This document shows, piece after piece, positions 12,986 to 26,536 of a stretch of 64,000 bases of DNA. The translations under genes and the position numbers were made by a program. The notes under the pieces are model-generated. The model saw only the letters and a program-made list of their open reading frames with translations. It ran no database searches and was not told the origin of the DNA. Positions within the stretch are counted from its first letter, which is position 1. Each line of letters opens with the position of its first letter. The DNA comes from Octopus vulgaris (Eukaryota): NCBI GenBank assembly GCA_951406725.2, contig OX597835.1:12710001-12774000 (forward strand), read 5' to 3'.

Positions 12986-13766
12986 GACTTCTGTGTTGTT
13001 CTTCCTTCTTAAGACAGTAGGGTGTTATCTGAGGAAGACATTGCTGCTATTTCTTGCAGGTCAAGCAACCATATAGAGCAGTCATGGACAAGCTGCAGGA
13101 CTTTCTCAATGGCAAGCGCAGCAAAAAATGACCAGGAACTTTTTTTTATTTAGTGCAGCCATTCTTTTACATATTTCGGTTATTGGACACTGGCCAAACT
13201 GGGGCACTGCCTCGAAGAGTAAAGCTGAATAAAGTGACCCCAGGATTTATTTTTTTCTTTTTTAAACCTTGTACTTATTCTATTTCTCTCCTTTGCTGAA
13301 CTGTGAAGTTATGGGGATGTAAACAAACCAACACTGTGGGGTGAGGTGATGGTGGGGGGAAGTGCAACACACACATGCACACATGCACATACACATGCAC
13401 ATGCACACACATGCACATGCACATAGACACACATATACTCACATGCACACACACACATGTAAATGCACATACACACACAGATACCCACACACGGTCGCAC
13501 ACACACACACACACATGCACACATATTGCATGCACATGTACACACACATACTTGCATGAACATACACATCCACACACGCATGCCCATACACATGCACACA
13601 CAAGCACACACATGCACACACAAGCACACACATGCACATGTGCACACAGGCACGCATACAAACACACACACACACAGACCCTTCTTGCAAAAGCCAGCCC
13701 ATGTCTGGTGTAGAGTCATCCTTATTGTCTCATGGGCTCCCTCATTGGCTGGTTATTAACTCCTTT

Positions 13767-14310
13767 AATGGCACGTGGCATAGTGATTAAAAAATTCAGC
13801 TTATGATCATAAAGCCGTGAGTTCAATCCCTGGCAGTGTATTGTGTCCTTGGGCAAGACACTTTATATCCCATTGCACCAGTCCACTCAGCTGGCAAAAA
13901 CTAATTGTACCTGTAAACCACTAGGGCTAGCCTTGTCACACTCTGTGTCACGCTGAATCCCCCTGAGGACTACATTAACCCTTTAGTGTTCACATTATTC
14001 TGCCAAAATTAATCCTTTTTTATCCACATTGTTTTGAACTAATCAGGCATTATCTTGTAGCTATGAGATTTTGATGAGGTAGCTGTTAATTTTTCAAATG
14101 ATATTGTAGGGTTGGTGTGAGAGACCAGATCTGGCCATGCTGAACATAAAACAGGCAAGATACTTTTGGCCGGATGTGGCCGGTTTAAATGCTAAAGGGT
14201 TAAGGGCACGCATATCTGTGGAATACTCAACCAATTTACATGTTAATTTCACAAGCAGGCTGTTCAGTTGATCAAACCAACTGGAACACTCTTTGTCATA
14301 ACTGACAGAG
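13767..14310 (+). mobile_element. tRNA-derived SINE family D, interrupted by a TTAA MITE
   Basis: Body ccttgtcacactctgtgtcacgctgaat...gcaggctgttcagttgatc matches the intact copy at 36380-36767. Confidence 0.75.
13975..14203. mobile_element. piggyBac-type TTAA MITE
   Basis: ttaaccctttag...ctaaagggttaa; the empty site actacgttaagggtgcacg in the intact SINE D copy confirms TTAA duplication. Confidence 0.88.
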
Positions 14311-15574
14311 GCCCAGGCAGGCCTTTAATGGCTAAAAATGGTTAAAATTCTTGGTAAAGGCCAATGAACAACAAAGTTACCATTAGAAGACAATTATATT
14401 TTATCTGAACGCTTGTGGAGATTTCGTTTGATTCCCATAACTTATATTCCTATTGAGCCAAAATGTATTTTTGCACAATAACATCAGATATTTTTATATT
14501 CTTGTATTTTTTTTTTACTCTTTTATTCTTTATGGGTTCCAGTCATGGGACACTGTTTTCATATAATGACAAAATATATCTCTAAATAGACAAGATAATT
14601 TCATATTCGATAATATTTTTCTCAAATATATTTCTATATTTTTATGAAATAAGATTTTTTCTCTGTAATGTCAAGATATTTTTTATGTAATAAACAATAT
14701 ATTTCTAGATAATAAACAAGATATATCTATAAATAAAGAACACATTTTTTCATATAATGAAAAAAAAAAAATCTATGTAACAATCAATATATTTCTCCAT
14801 AATAAATTATAGACTTCTAAATAACAAGTATCATATTTTTTATATAATAAACATTTTACTTGTACAATAACATAAATATAATTCTAGAAATAAACAATAT
14901 ATTTATAAACAATAATAGAGTATACTTTTTTATACAGTTACAATATGTTTCTGAATATTAAATTTCTCATCTTTACATGTTTCAGTTGTTGAACTGTGGC
15001 CATGCTGGGGCACTGCTCTGAAAGGTTTAGCTAAATGGATCTACTTTTCTTTTTTTTTTTAAGCCTACTTTTTATGTGGCACCAGCAACAGTGAGGTCAT
15101 CGAGTATTTTGCAAGACAGGACGCCTCAACTGTTATGGGGGTGGAGGTGGAGGTGGAGGGTTAGAGGTATTGAAAAAAAAAGGTGGTTGCCATGTGATGG
15201 GTGAGAGGTTAGAGTACGAGTAGAGGGACAGAAATAGAGGTACCGCAGTAGAGGGGGATACATGGGTAGCTCAGTAGCGGGAGACATAGAGAGGGGGAGT
15301 GGAGGGAAAGGGGAGGGAGAGATAAGGAGAAAGAGAGAAGGAGAAACAGAGAAGGAGAGAGAGGGATGAGGGAGAGAGAGGGAGAGGAAGAAAAAGAGAG
15401 AGAAAGAGGAGAGAGAGGGAGAGGGAGAGAGAAAGAGGGGAACAATGGTAAAGGTGTGGTAGTCGGGTGGGTGGGGACACATGTATGTATTCTTTTAGCC
15501 TTTTATTTGTTTCAGTCATTTGACTGCAGTAACTTCTGGTGGGGTAAAATATATGAAGCCCAGAATAACCATCA

Positions 15575-16057
15575 TGACTACCCGTCTGATAAGGGTACAC
15601 CAGGCACATGCATCACAACCATGTGTGCGCGACATGGTGATCTCATATCAAGATAAACAGCACATGACCTTGCAGGTGGGGCCCAGTTAGTATTTTCTTC
15701 TGGTCAAGTAACCCATCCCACTCAAAAGGTCCCTGAATAAGGGTTATTTAAGGATGTTGAAAGAACCACCCATGTTTCCAGAGGTGAACTATTCAAACCC
15801 CAAAGAATCCCTCTCAACACATGGCTATGATGCTCCCCCACTACTTCTGCTCGTGATCAGAGATGCACATATCGTCAGCCACTAAGGGACATGCTCAACT
15901 GGTTAAGGTCAAACAACTGACAAGCAAATCTGTGGTATTGAGCAGAATATTTGCTGTAGCCCATCTTTTATACCAAGACAAAACAATGTACATGATAACA
16001 CTTCCAATCAGTTAAGATCAGAAGCCATGAGAGCCACTGCCTGGTACTGCATCAGGG

Positions 16058-16150
<93 letters not shown>

Positions 16151-16219
16151 TATTATCATAAGTATTATTACTATTATTGTTGGTGTTTTTGTTATTATTA
16201 TTATTGTTATTGTTATTGC

Positions 16220-16267
<48 letters not shown>

Positions 16268-16270
16268 GAT
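15575..16270 (+). mobile_element. Interspersed repeat family E with (TTA)n tail (probable retroposon)
   Basis: About 480-bp body closely similar to 31500-31848, ending in a long (TTA)n run. Confidence 0.7.
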
Positions 16271-16896
16271 TGTATATACTAGACCCCTTGCTGCTCTTCA
16301 GTCACTGGCTAAGACATACACACAATTATAATTATCAATATAAAAAATATGTTTTTGTGTTATTGTTTGGGAAGATATGAGGACAAACTGTTTACAATTG
16401 CTTTAGGACAAAATGGTAATTGAATAATGAAACTACAAAATGGTAATTCGAAATTTTATTTTATCAAATCTAAGTAGATTTAGATAACATAGTATGAATA
16501 CAGAAATGTTTATCATTTTTAAAAAAGATCTTTCTAGAATTGCTGTAGTTTATGTTTATGCTCCAGGCCAAAAAAAAATAAAAGAAAAAAATAGGTGTCT
16601 CTTAAAACGCAGCAGCTCACCACACTAGATCTACTTAGTGGTACATCTTGATGAAATAATTAGTATAGCAGATAACGGTTGTTAAACTGAAGAATATTCT
16701 CTGTTTTGTCAATTCTAATAAACCTAACATTAACTGAAAATTGTTGTTAAAAGTTTTTCGAATATTAGGATGAAATGTTTTAAATGATTAAAGAATTTAA
16801 AAGTTTTAATTAAATGCTGCAAATAAATTGCAATTTGTTTTATTCCTAATTCCAGTCCACCGAAAAAATTTACAGTGATGTTCCTAGTTTTACTAG

Positions 16897-17524
16897 TTAA
16901 TTCTTTTGTTACCATATTTCTATAGAAATACACTGATTTTCTTTTAATTAATTTTGGAAATAATGAACAATTTAATAAAATAATTGTTATTATAAAGCTG
17001 AATTTTAGAACACAGATTAACAAGAAATTCTGAAGTAAGATTTTAAATTAGATCACTTTAATCCCTTTGTTACCATATTTCTATAGAAATACATTGATTT
17101 TGTTTTAATTAATTTTGGAAATAACGAAGAATTTAATAAAAATAGTTCTATTATTATAAAGCTGAAGTTTGGAACATAAATTAGCAGTAAATTTTGTAGG
17201 AAGGTTCTAAATTAGATCACTCTGACCTTTTTGTTACCATATTTCAGAAGAAATACTTTGATTTTTAAAAAAATTAATTTTGGAGATAATAAAGAATTTA
17301 ATAAAATATAATCCTGCTATTATTAAGCTGAAGTCTGGAACATAAATTAGCATTAAATTTTGAAGGAAGATTCTAAATTAGATAACTTTAACTGTTTTTA
17401 ATAGAAATTTTGATGGAAATTTTGATAGAAAGTTTTGATTTAGATGAATTTTAAACGGGAAGTTTATTGCATAGAACCAGGGGTAGGGTGGGGGTATCAG
17501 ACTAGTTGGTATGAAAAGGGTTAA
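16897..17524. mobile_element. Probable TTAA-ended MITE with three tandem ~163-bp left-end units
   Basis: ttgttaccatatttc at ~16906, 17067, 17231; ttaatccctttgttacc ... ggtatgaaaagggttaa terminal symmetry. Confidence 0.55.
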
Positions 17525-17559
17525 ACTGTACCCAATATAATAGTTGTACTAATGATTCT

Positions 17560-17791
17560 TAAGGCGGCAAGCTAGCATGGTCGTTAACATGGTGGGCGAA
17601 ATGCTTAGAGGTATTTCATCTGCTGCTACGTTCTGAGTTCAAATTCCGCCAAGGTCGACTTTGCTTTCATCCTTTCAGGGTCGATTAGATAAGTACCAGT
17701 TATGCACTGGGGTCGATGTAATCGACTTAATCCGTTTGTCTGTCCTTGTTTGTCCTCGCTGTGTTTAGCCCCTTGTGGGTACTAAAGAAAT
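17560..17791 (+). mobile_element. SINE family B copy with TSD
   Basis: Family B sequence flanked by tgtactaatgattct on both sides (17545-17559 and 17793-17807). Confidence 0.88.
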
Positions 17792-18577
17792 ATGTACTAA
17801 TGATTCTCACTCAGCATACTGTGGCACACTGGTGCTCTATGAGGGGGTGTCTTAGGGCTCAGCAGAACTGTCTAAAAACATAACTTAAAACTTTAGAAAA
17901 TTCGTACCAATATTTCATTGTTTTGAAAAATGTGTTATAACTTTATCATAAAAAATAGGATTAATAAATCAAGGTAAACAATATTTTTTATGTTTTTTTT
18001 TTCTACCTTTCAAACTTTTAAATAGAATCTTTTCCTTTTTCAATTTTCGAGTGTAGAATAGCAGTCAAAACCATAATGAAATCTGTTTAGCAGCTGATGA
18101 TGGGAACACATATATTTTATGCTTGATTGTGAATTTTTTAACATCTTAATTTCGTTATTCTAAGTTGTCCTTCATTCAAGTAAAGTGGAAAGTTTTCGTG
18201 GATTCATGATTTGCAGAGATTATGTACATTAACATTGGTCTTTTTTTTTTTAGAGAATCTTATCAAAACCTGAATAATGCTTAGATATAGGTGTCTAGTT
18301 TTGGAGAGCTTCTGTGACATATAATTGGTCTCTATACACAAGTACTGCATATGCACCCAGCTATTTTATACACAACTATAGTATACACACCCAACTGTCT
18401 GTTCCTACTTCCAGTTTGTTAATTAAACAGTGTCCATTATTCTATAAACACCCAGCTGTCTGTTGGGTGGTTGTTTAAGAACCTAGCATTTTATACACTA
18501 TCCTTTCCTGTGACTCTGTCTTATAGATAGCCTGTACCCAGTGTTTTTTAAACACCCAGCAGTCTGTTTCTGTCAGG

Positions 18578-18963
18578 TTTCAGTCATTTGATTGCGGTCA
18601 TGCTGGAGCACTGCCTTTAGTCGAGCAAATCGACCCCGGGACTTATTCTTTGTAAGCCCAGTACTTATTCTATTGGTCTCTTTTGCCGAACCGCTAAGTG
18701 ACAGGGACGTAAACACACCAGCATCGGTTGTTAAGCAATGCTAGGGGGACAAACACAGACACACAAACATATACACACACACTTATATATATATACATAT
18801 ATACGACAGGCTTCTTTCAGTTTCCGTCTACCAAATCCACTCACAAGGCATTGGTCGGCCCGGGGCTATAGCAGAAGACACTTGCCCAAGATGCCACGCA
18901 GTGGGACTGAACCTGGAACCATGTGGTTCGTAAGCAAGCTACTTACCACACAGCCACTCCTGC
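18578..18963 (-). mobile_element. SINE family A copy
   Basis: Reverse complement of family A, ending ccacacagccactcctgcg. Confidence 0.88.
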
Positions 18964-20009
18964 GATACACTACCAAGTCTAATAGCTAGACTGTACCTAG
19001 CGATGGATACATACCCAGCTGTCAGTTCCTACAGACCAGCTAAATAAGCATGGGACATAATGTAAGACATGTAGTGAGACACAAGAAATATTTTGAAGAG
19101 GACACAAAGTTAATTGGGTTATTTTTTTTTTGTGGTAGACGTGTTTGGCTCATGGAATGAAATACAAATATGTTACAAAAATTTCCTTTATCAACCCCAG
19201 AAGAAACAAGAATAAAATTGAATTGGTTCAAAGAGAACTTAGATTTAGAAGAATGGATGCAAATACTATATACCATTGTAATATTTTGTCATTTCATCAT
19301 TCTGTCAACTCAGCACCATTCTAAAAGTTGGTTAATGTTTGCATCATGTAAAATATTCTCTTTTATTTACTTCAGAATAGCTTATTAACCTCACACATAA
19401 CCCGCAAATAATATATTCCCTGTTTTAAATCTGGACAAAATAACCTTTCCATGAGAGGGTCAGCTAAGTTTTGTTATTAACACTTCCGAGACAAAGAATT
19501 TCAGCACCTTTGATCTCTGATTGGTGTGAGATGAAGATTCCTTGTTAGAAATATGTTGTTAAATTGTAAATCTGCTGCATTTTCCCCTCTTTTACTGACC
19601 ATTCCTAATGCTAACAGACTTGTCCATAATTGCCTTAACTATCTTCACAATCGCAAGATTTATAGATAACAATAGCACTGAACTTTTGATTATTGGATTA
19701 ATTTCGGTAATAATAATGGCAACAACAGCAACAATAACAACTACAACCACAATAACAGTATCAGACAGAATGACGCAATTCTTCTTTGTTATATTTCGGT
19801 AATGGTTGAAGTAGAATGTGTATTTAAAGTGATCAGGGATAATTAGCGAAACACCAGCCTGGCATTTTTCTCCTTCTCACTCATTAAGCTGATTAGTCAG
19901 AGTGGTATCTCAAACTTAGACTTTTCTGTTTTCTTTGAATTATTTAATTAACAATAACCAGCTCATTATTTAGCCCTGTGCTGGCTCTGATAGTGCACAC
20001 GTGTGCGAG

Positions 20010-20270
20010 GTGGAGGCACATGGCTTGGTGGTTAAGGTGTTGGACTCATGATCGTAAGATTGTGGTTTCGATTCTTGAACCGGGTGACACATTGTGTTCT
20101 TGAGCAGAACACTCCATTTCACTTTGTTCCAGTTCACTCAGCTGGCAAAAGTGAGTAATCCTGTGAGGGACTGGCATCCCATCCAGGTGGGGGATTTATA
20201 TGCCACGGAAACCAGGGTAACTGGCCCTTATGAGTCAGCATAACTCAAGAAGGAAACTCTACTTTTACTT
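20010..20270 (+). mobile_element. tRNA-headed SINE related to family D
   Basis: ggaggcacatggcttggtggttaaggtgttggactcatgatcgtaagattgtggtttcgattc head. Confidence 0.65.
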
Positions 20271-20667
20271 TTATTTTACACAGCATGTATTACATGTACA
20301 GTCTATTTGGCAGGCTTCAGAACAGTCTCCATCTACCCAGTTTCTCTTACAAGGCTTGAGCTGACTTTGAAGTTATGGTAAATGACCCTTGCCCAAAATG
20401 TCACTCATGGGAAATCTGTCACAATAAATTCTGCTTGACCCTTGCAAATCATGGAAAATTGGACATTCAAACGATTATGTTGATGGTCTTTATTCATGCT
20501 CGGATTTATTATTTTGACCTTTGAATGTGACCATTACTCTCATTCTTGATAGCCATTAGATCTAAGTGAATCTCCAAAATGCTTTCTAAAACTGGACATT
20601 AACGAATCGACCTCGTGGCCACCAGATCTAAATAAACATCTTACGGGAAGTCCAGGATTTGAAAACA

Positions 20668-20970
20668 AAGGCACAGGTTTGGTTGTGTGGTAAGAGGTTT
20701 GCTTCCACACCACATGGTTCCAGGTTCAGTCCCATTGCATGACACCTTGGGTAAACGTCATCTATTATAGCCCTTGACTTGTCTGTGTCTGTGTTTGTCA
20801 CCCACCACCACTTGGCAACAAGTGTTGGTTTGTTTACATCCTCATGACTTAGCAGTTCAACAGAAGAGTCCATTAAAATAAGTAGCAAACTTCAGGGGTC
20901 AATTCGTTTGACTTAAATCCTTCAAGGTGGTGCCCTAGCATGGCCACAGTCTAATAACTGAAAAATATAA
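20668..20970 (+). mobile_element. Diverged SINE family A copy
   Basis: ggcacaggtttggttgtgtggtaag...ggttcagtccc...agcatggccacagtctaataactgaa. Confidence 0.7.
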
Positions 20971-21349
20971 AATCCGTTACCTAGTGAAACACCACTACCT
21001 GGGTATTTAATTCGGTGCTTTTAACTGAGTAAACCCTACTGCAAACATCAAAGGTAGATTTCTGACATGAGGGCACCGACATCCCTTCCATTAGTCTCAG
21101 AGGTTTTGTAAGGGATCAAAGAACGTTACTTTCTTCATGACAGAAACAAAAAGGAAAAATTGTCCAAGATCAGAAATCAAAAGAAAAGTTCCAAAGAATC
21201 AGGAATAGTAAGATTAGCTTTCCAAAGTTCACAGAATTATAGAAATTTTCATTTCTCAGATTTTCTTCCAAATCTTCAGGATATAAAGCAAACAGGAAGG
21301 GACGGCTGCTTTACACTTTCTTTCACACATACATAATACATACGTACAT

Positions 21350-21570
21350 TTATATGTGTGTGTGTGTGTGTGTGTGTGAACGTACGGATGTATGTATATA
21401 TCTATATATATGTGTGTGTGAGTGTGTATATGCATACACACACATACTAATACATACATATATATATACACACAAACATATATATATATATATATTAATA
21501 TATATATATATATATATGTACGTATTTTATATATATATATATATACATATATATATACACATATACATAC

Positions 21571-21635
<65 letters not shown>

Positions 21636-21748
21636 CACATATACATATATATACATACATATATATATATATATATATATTCATATATATATATGTATGT
21701 ATTATATATATATATATATATACATATACACATATACATATGTATCTA

Positions 21749-21784
<36 letters not shown>

Positions 21785-21850
21785 CACACACATACACGCA
21801 TATATATATTCATGTATGAATTTGTGTGTGTGTGTTTGAGTGCGTGTATG
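21350..21850. repeat. (TA)n-rich microsatellite field
   Basis: Direct inspection. Confidence 0.95.
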
Positions 21851-22140
21851 TTCTTTAATAGACGAAGAAATCAAAACGTATCACTAATTCTTCGATAAGC
21901 TGCCAGGCATTTCTGTCAAGAACACAAATCCCATTACACATAACATCAAGATGAATTTCGATTTTGAAATTTTTCAGAAAGAATTTGATTTCGACAAAAG
22001 TATCAATATTACAACCAGACAGATCAATAAAAGAAGCAGACAAATGATTCTTCAATAATTTCAATCATATTGACATTTTGTCTTTTGCTGATAGCTAGCA
22101 CTCTAAACAAAATCTTTACTTATAACTTAATTTGCACTTT

Positions 22141-23440
22141 AGTCATGTTTAAATTCTAGTCAGCAGACAATTATCACTGTAAACAAGATCTGTACTCCTT
22201 TTGTACTCTAATCATGTTTAAATTCTCCCCAACAGATAGCTATCCCTGTAACCAAGATTTGTACTTATTTTGTGCTCTACTCATGTTTAAATTCTCCCCA
22301 GCAGAAAGCTATCCCTGTGACCAAGATCTGTACTTATTTGGTACTCTAATCATGTTTAAATTCTCCCCAGCAAATAACTATCCCTGTAACCAAGATCTGT
22401 ACTTATTTGGTACTCTAATCATATTTAAATTCTCCCCAGCAGAAAGCTATCCCTGTAACCAAGATCTGTACTCCTTTTGTACTCTAATCATGTTTAAATT
22501 CTCCCCAACAGATAGCTATCCCTGTAACCAAGATTTGTACTTATTTTGTGCTCTACTCATGTTTAAATTCTCCCCAGCAGAAAGCTATCCCTGTGACCAA
22601 GATCTGTACTTATTTGGTACTCTAATCATGTTTAAATTCTCCCCAGCAATTAACTATCCCTGTAACCAAGATCTGTACTTATTTGGTACTCTAATCATGT
22701 TTAAATTCTCCCCAGCAGAAAGCTATCCCTGTAACCAAGATCTGTACTCCTTTTGTACTCTAATCATGTTTAAATTCTCCCCAACAGATAGCTATCCCTG
22801 TAACCAAGATCTGTACTTATTTGGTACTTTAATCATGTTTAAATTCTCCCCAGCAGATAGCTATCCCTGTAACCAAGATCTGTACTCCTTTTGTACTCTA
22901 ATCATGTCTAAATCCTTCCCAGCAGATAGCTATCCCTGTAACCAAGATTTGTACTTATTTTGTACTCTAGTTATGTCTAAATCCTTCCCAGCAGATAGCT
23001 ATCCCTGTAACCAAGATTTGTACTTATTTGGTACTCTAATCATGTTTAAATTCTCCCCAGCAGAAAGCTATCCCTGTAAACAAGATCTGTACTCCTTTTG
23101 TACTCTAGTCATGTCTAAATCTTCCCCAGCAGATAGCTATCACTGTAACCAAGATTTGTACTTATTTGGTACTCTAATCATGTTTAAATTCTCCCCAGCA
23201 GAAAGCTATCCCTGTAAACAAGATCTGTACTCCTTTTGTACTCTAGTTATGTCTAAATTCTCCCCAACAGATAGCTATCACTGTAACCAAGATCTGTACT
23301 CCTTTTGTACTCTACTCATGTTTAAATTCTCCCCAGCAAATAGCTATCCCTGTAACCAAGATCTGTACTTATTTGGTACTCTAATCATGTTTAAATTTTC
23401 CCCAGCAAGATTTGTACTTATTTTGTACTCTAGTTATGTC
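22141..23440 (+). repeat. 69-bp tandem array 1, about 19 units
   Basis: Unit atcatgtttaaattctccccagcagaaagctatccctgtaaccaagatctgtactccttttgtactcta; one frame is stop-free, giving the 438-aa repeat ORF. Confidence 0.97.
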
Positions 23441-23974
23441 TGTGCTGTAGACTTAATTAAATCTTCAGTTTTCACCACCAAAACCACTATCATCATCTTC
23501 ATCATCATCATAGTCAGCATTTTTATATGAACTGGGAATTTATTTACAATCACTTCCTGATGTCCAAAAACAATAAATAAAAACAGACACACACACACAC
23601 ACATTGGGCTTCCTTCAGTTTCCATCTACCAAATCCATTCATTAGGTTTTAATTGGCTTACGAGTATAGCAGAAGACATTTGTTGCCCAAGATTCCAGGC
23701 AATTACAAACCCAACTCTGTTGCTTTTGTTCCATCAACACGGAATTGGTGGAGTGTTTGGTTGTTGCCATTGTCTTCACAGGAGGGGAATGCACCACAAA
23801 GAATATTTCATTTGGTTTTGTTTTGCACAGAAGCAAATAAAATTTGTATAGATTTTGTATAGAATGAAAGGAAAATACATACACACACATATATATACAT
23901 GCATGCATACATACATATCTATCTATTTATCTTATATGTATATATGTATATATATATGTCTGTTTGTCTGTCTG

Positions 23975-24049
<75 letters not shown>

Positions 24050-24065
24050 CTCTATCTATCTATCT

Positions 24066-24117
<52 letters not shown>

Positions 24118-24124
24118 ATATATA

Positions 24125-24500
24125 GGTGCAGGAGTGGCTGTGTGATAAGTAGCTTGCTTACCAACCACATGGTTCCGAGTTCAGTCCCACTGCGTGGCAT
24201 CTTGGGCAAGTGTCTTCTACTATAGCCTCAGGCTGACCAAAACCTTGTGAGTGGATTAAGCCCGTCGTATATGTATATATATATATATGTATATGTGTCT
24301 GTGTTTGTCCCCCCGACATTACCTGGCAACCGATGCTGGTGTGTTTACATCCCCGTAACTTAATAATTTGGCAAAAGAGACTGATAGAATAAGTACTAGG
24401 CTTACAAAGAATAAGTCCTGGGGTCAATTTGCTTGACTAAAGGCGGTGCTTCAGCATGGCTGCAGTCAAATGACTGAAACAAGTAAAAGGTACTAAAAGA

Positions 24501-24501
<1 letters not shown>
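24125..24501 (+). mobile_element. SINE family A copy
   Basis: ggtgcaggagtggctgtgtg...gcagtcaaatgactgaaacaagtaaaag, between (TA)n tracts. Confidence 0.88.
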
Positions 24502-24550
<49 letters not shown>

Positions 24551-24554
<4 letters not shown>

Positions 24555-24745
24555 TCATCATCATAGTTTAACGTCTGCTTTCCATGCTAGCATGGGTTGG
24601 ATGATTTGACTGAGGACTGGTGAAACAGATGGTTGCACCAGGCTCCAATCTGATCTGGCAGAGTTTCTACAGCTGGATGCCCTTCCTAATGCCAACAACT
24701 CTGAGAGTGTAGTGGGTGCTTTTATGCGCCACCTGCACAGGAGCC
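24551..24745 (-). mobile_element. Family C (RTE-type 3' tail with (CAT)n)
   Basis: catcat-tttaacgtc..ttccatgctagcatgggttgg...ctggatgcccttcctaa; same tail as on the RTE remnant at 34408. Confidence 0.8.
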
Positions 24746-24912
24746 AGTCCAGCGGCAATAACATATATTTACATGCATGCATACATACATATCTATGTAA
24801 AGCAACACTGGTAATGATCACGGAAGCCAGTCAGCTGCTCTGGCAACGATCATGCTCGGATGGTGCTCTTAGCACTCCACTAGCACGGATGCCAGTAATC
24901 CAATTTGATTTC

Positions 24913-24951
<39 letters not shown>

Positions 24952-25151
24952 TCATACATGCGTATATGCCTGTTACATACATGCATGTATAAATACTTTC
25001 ATTTATACATGGATATATATATGTATACATGCACTCACCCTGTATGTATGTATATGGTGTGTGTATGTGTGCACATATATATCAACATAGAAATACACAT
25101 GAATATATGTATATACATATACATATATACATACATACATACATACATACA

Positions 25152-25187
<36 letters not shown>

Positions 25188-25264
25188 CACACATATACTT
25201 ACATACATACACACATAAATTCATGCATACATATACATGCATGCATAAATCCATACATATACAT

Positions 25265-25314
<50 letters not shown>

Positions 25315-25367
25315 GTATATATATGTGTATATATATATATATATATAAATACACATACATACATACA

Positions 25368-25417
<50 letters not shown>

Positions 25418-25688
25418 GGTACCTGATAAAAACAAATTGAAACATTGAAACGTCAGCAAAACTCTAGAGTTTGAACAAAAAAATACTTATTTATGTTAAA
25501 ATCAAATTATATATTGTATTGAGATTAAAAAAAAAGAAAATATATAAGTGTAGTTTTGCTTTTATCCATAACCAATATTTCTGTTTATTAAAAACCAATA
25601 ACATTTATGTTTATGTTTATTAATAATCAATAGTTAGTAATCAATGCAGATACAATGATTGTCTTTTTATACTAAAAAAAATTGTAGT

Positions 25689-25908
25689 AAGGTGGTGATC
25701 TGTCAGAACTGTTAACACGCAGGGCAAAATGCCCTGTGGTATTTTGTCTGTCTTTACATTCTGTGTTCAAATTCCAACTGAAGTTGACTTTGTCTCTCAT
25801 CCTCCAGGGGTCGATAAAATAAGTACCAGGTGAGTACTGGGGTTGATGTAATTGATGTACCCCATCTCCTGATATTTCTGGCCTTGTGCCAACATTTGAA
25901 ACCAATAT
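25689..25908 (+). mobile_element. Diverged SINE family B copy
   Basis: aaggtggtgatctgtcagaac...gttcaaattcc...ggggtcgataaaataagtacc. Confidence 0.7.
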
Positions 25909-26536
25909 TATTTCAAAAATGTAGCTTTTAATACATATTTCGGTAATTCTGTTCAGCAAACTACTTGAGAAAGTCAGACGCCAATATTTCTTATTTCTTT
26001 GTGAACTGTTGCAAATAATGGTTACGTGTTCTTTGAAACTTCTTAAATTCCTTTTTGACATAAAGAATATCTGCCATGAGTTGCCCACAGATTCAGATCT
26101 GGAGATTGTCTCATTAAAACCAAAACGCATATTTCAATAGACAGGATGGTCAGAGCTGCTGTTTCTAGCAGGTAGAGTGGTGATGTGTGCAAGATTCCTT
26201 CTTGTGCTATTGTTGTTGTTGTTGTTTTTCTTTATTTTCTTATTTATGAACAATATAAGAAACGATACATTGGCAACAGACCAGGCAGTGTGTATACAGC
26301 TTATGACTGAAAATTAACTATCTTTCATTGTGGTGGGACTTGTCAATACAGAGCAGTGAATTTGAGGAATTGTGAAGAGATCCTCTGCTGTATCTTTTCT
26401 GGTTCATTGCATTATGGTGAAAACAACTGCATAAAAAGCAAAAACAGAAAAAAAAGAAGTTATCAAGAAATAAAAAGGCAGAGGCAAGGAAAGAAAATTC
26501 TAGAGTAACATCAACTGAGACATAAAGTGAAGATTA

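Noticed and set aside
22214-23530. 438-aa ORF as an annotated protein-coding gene
   Set aside because: Entirely a 23-codon tandem unit with no recognisable domain; kept only as a low-probability finding.
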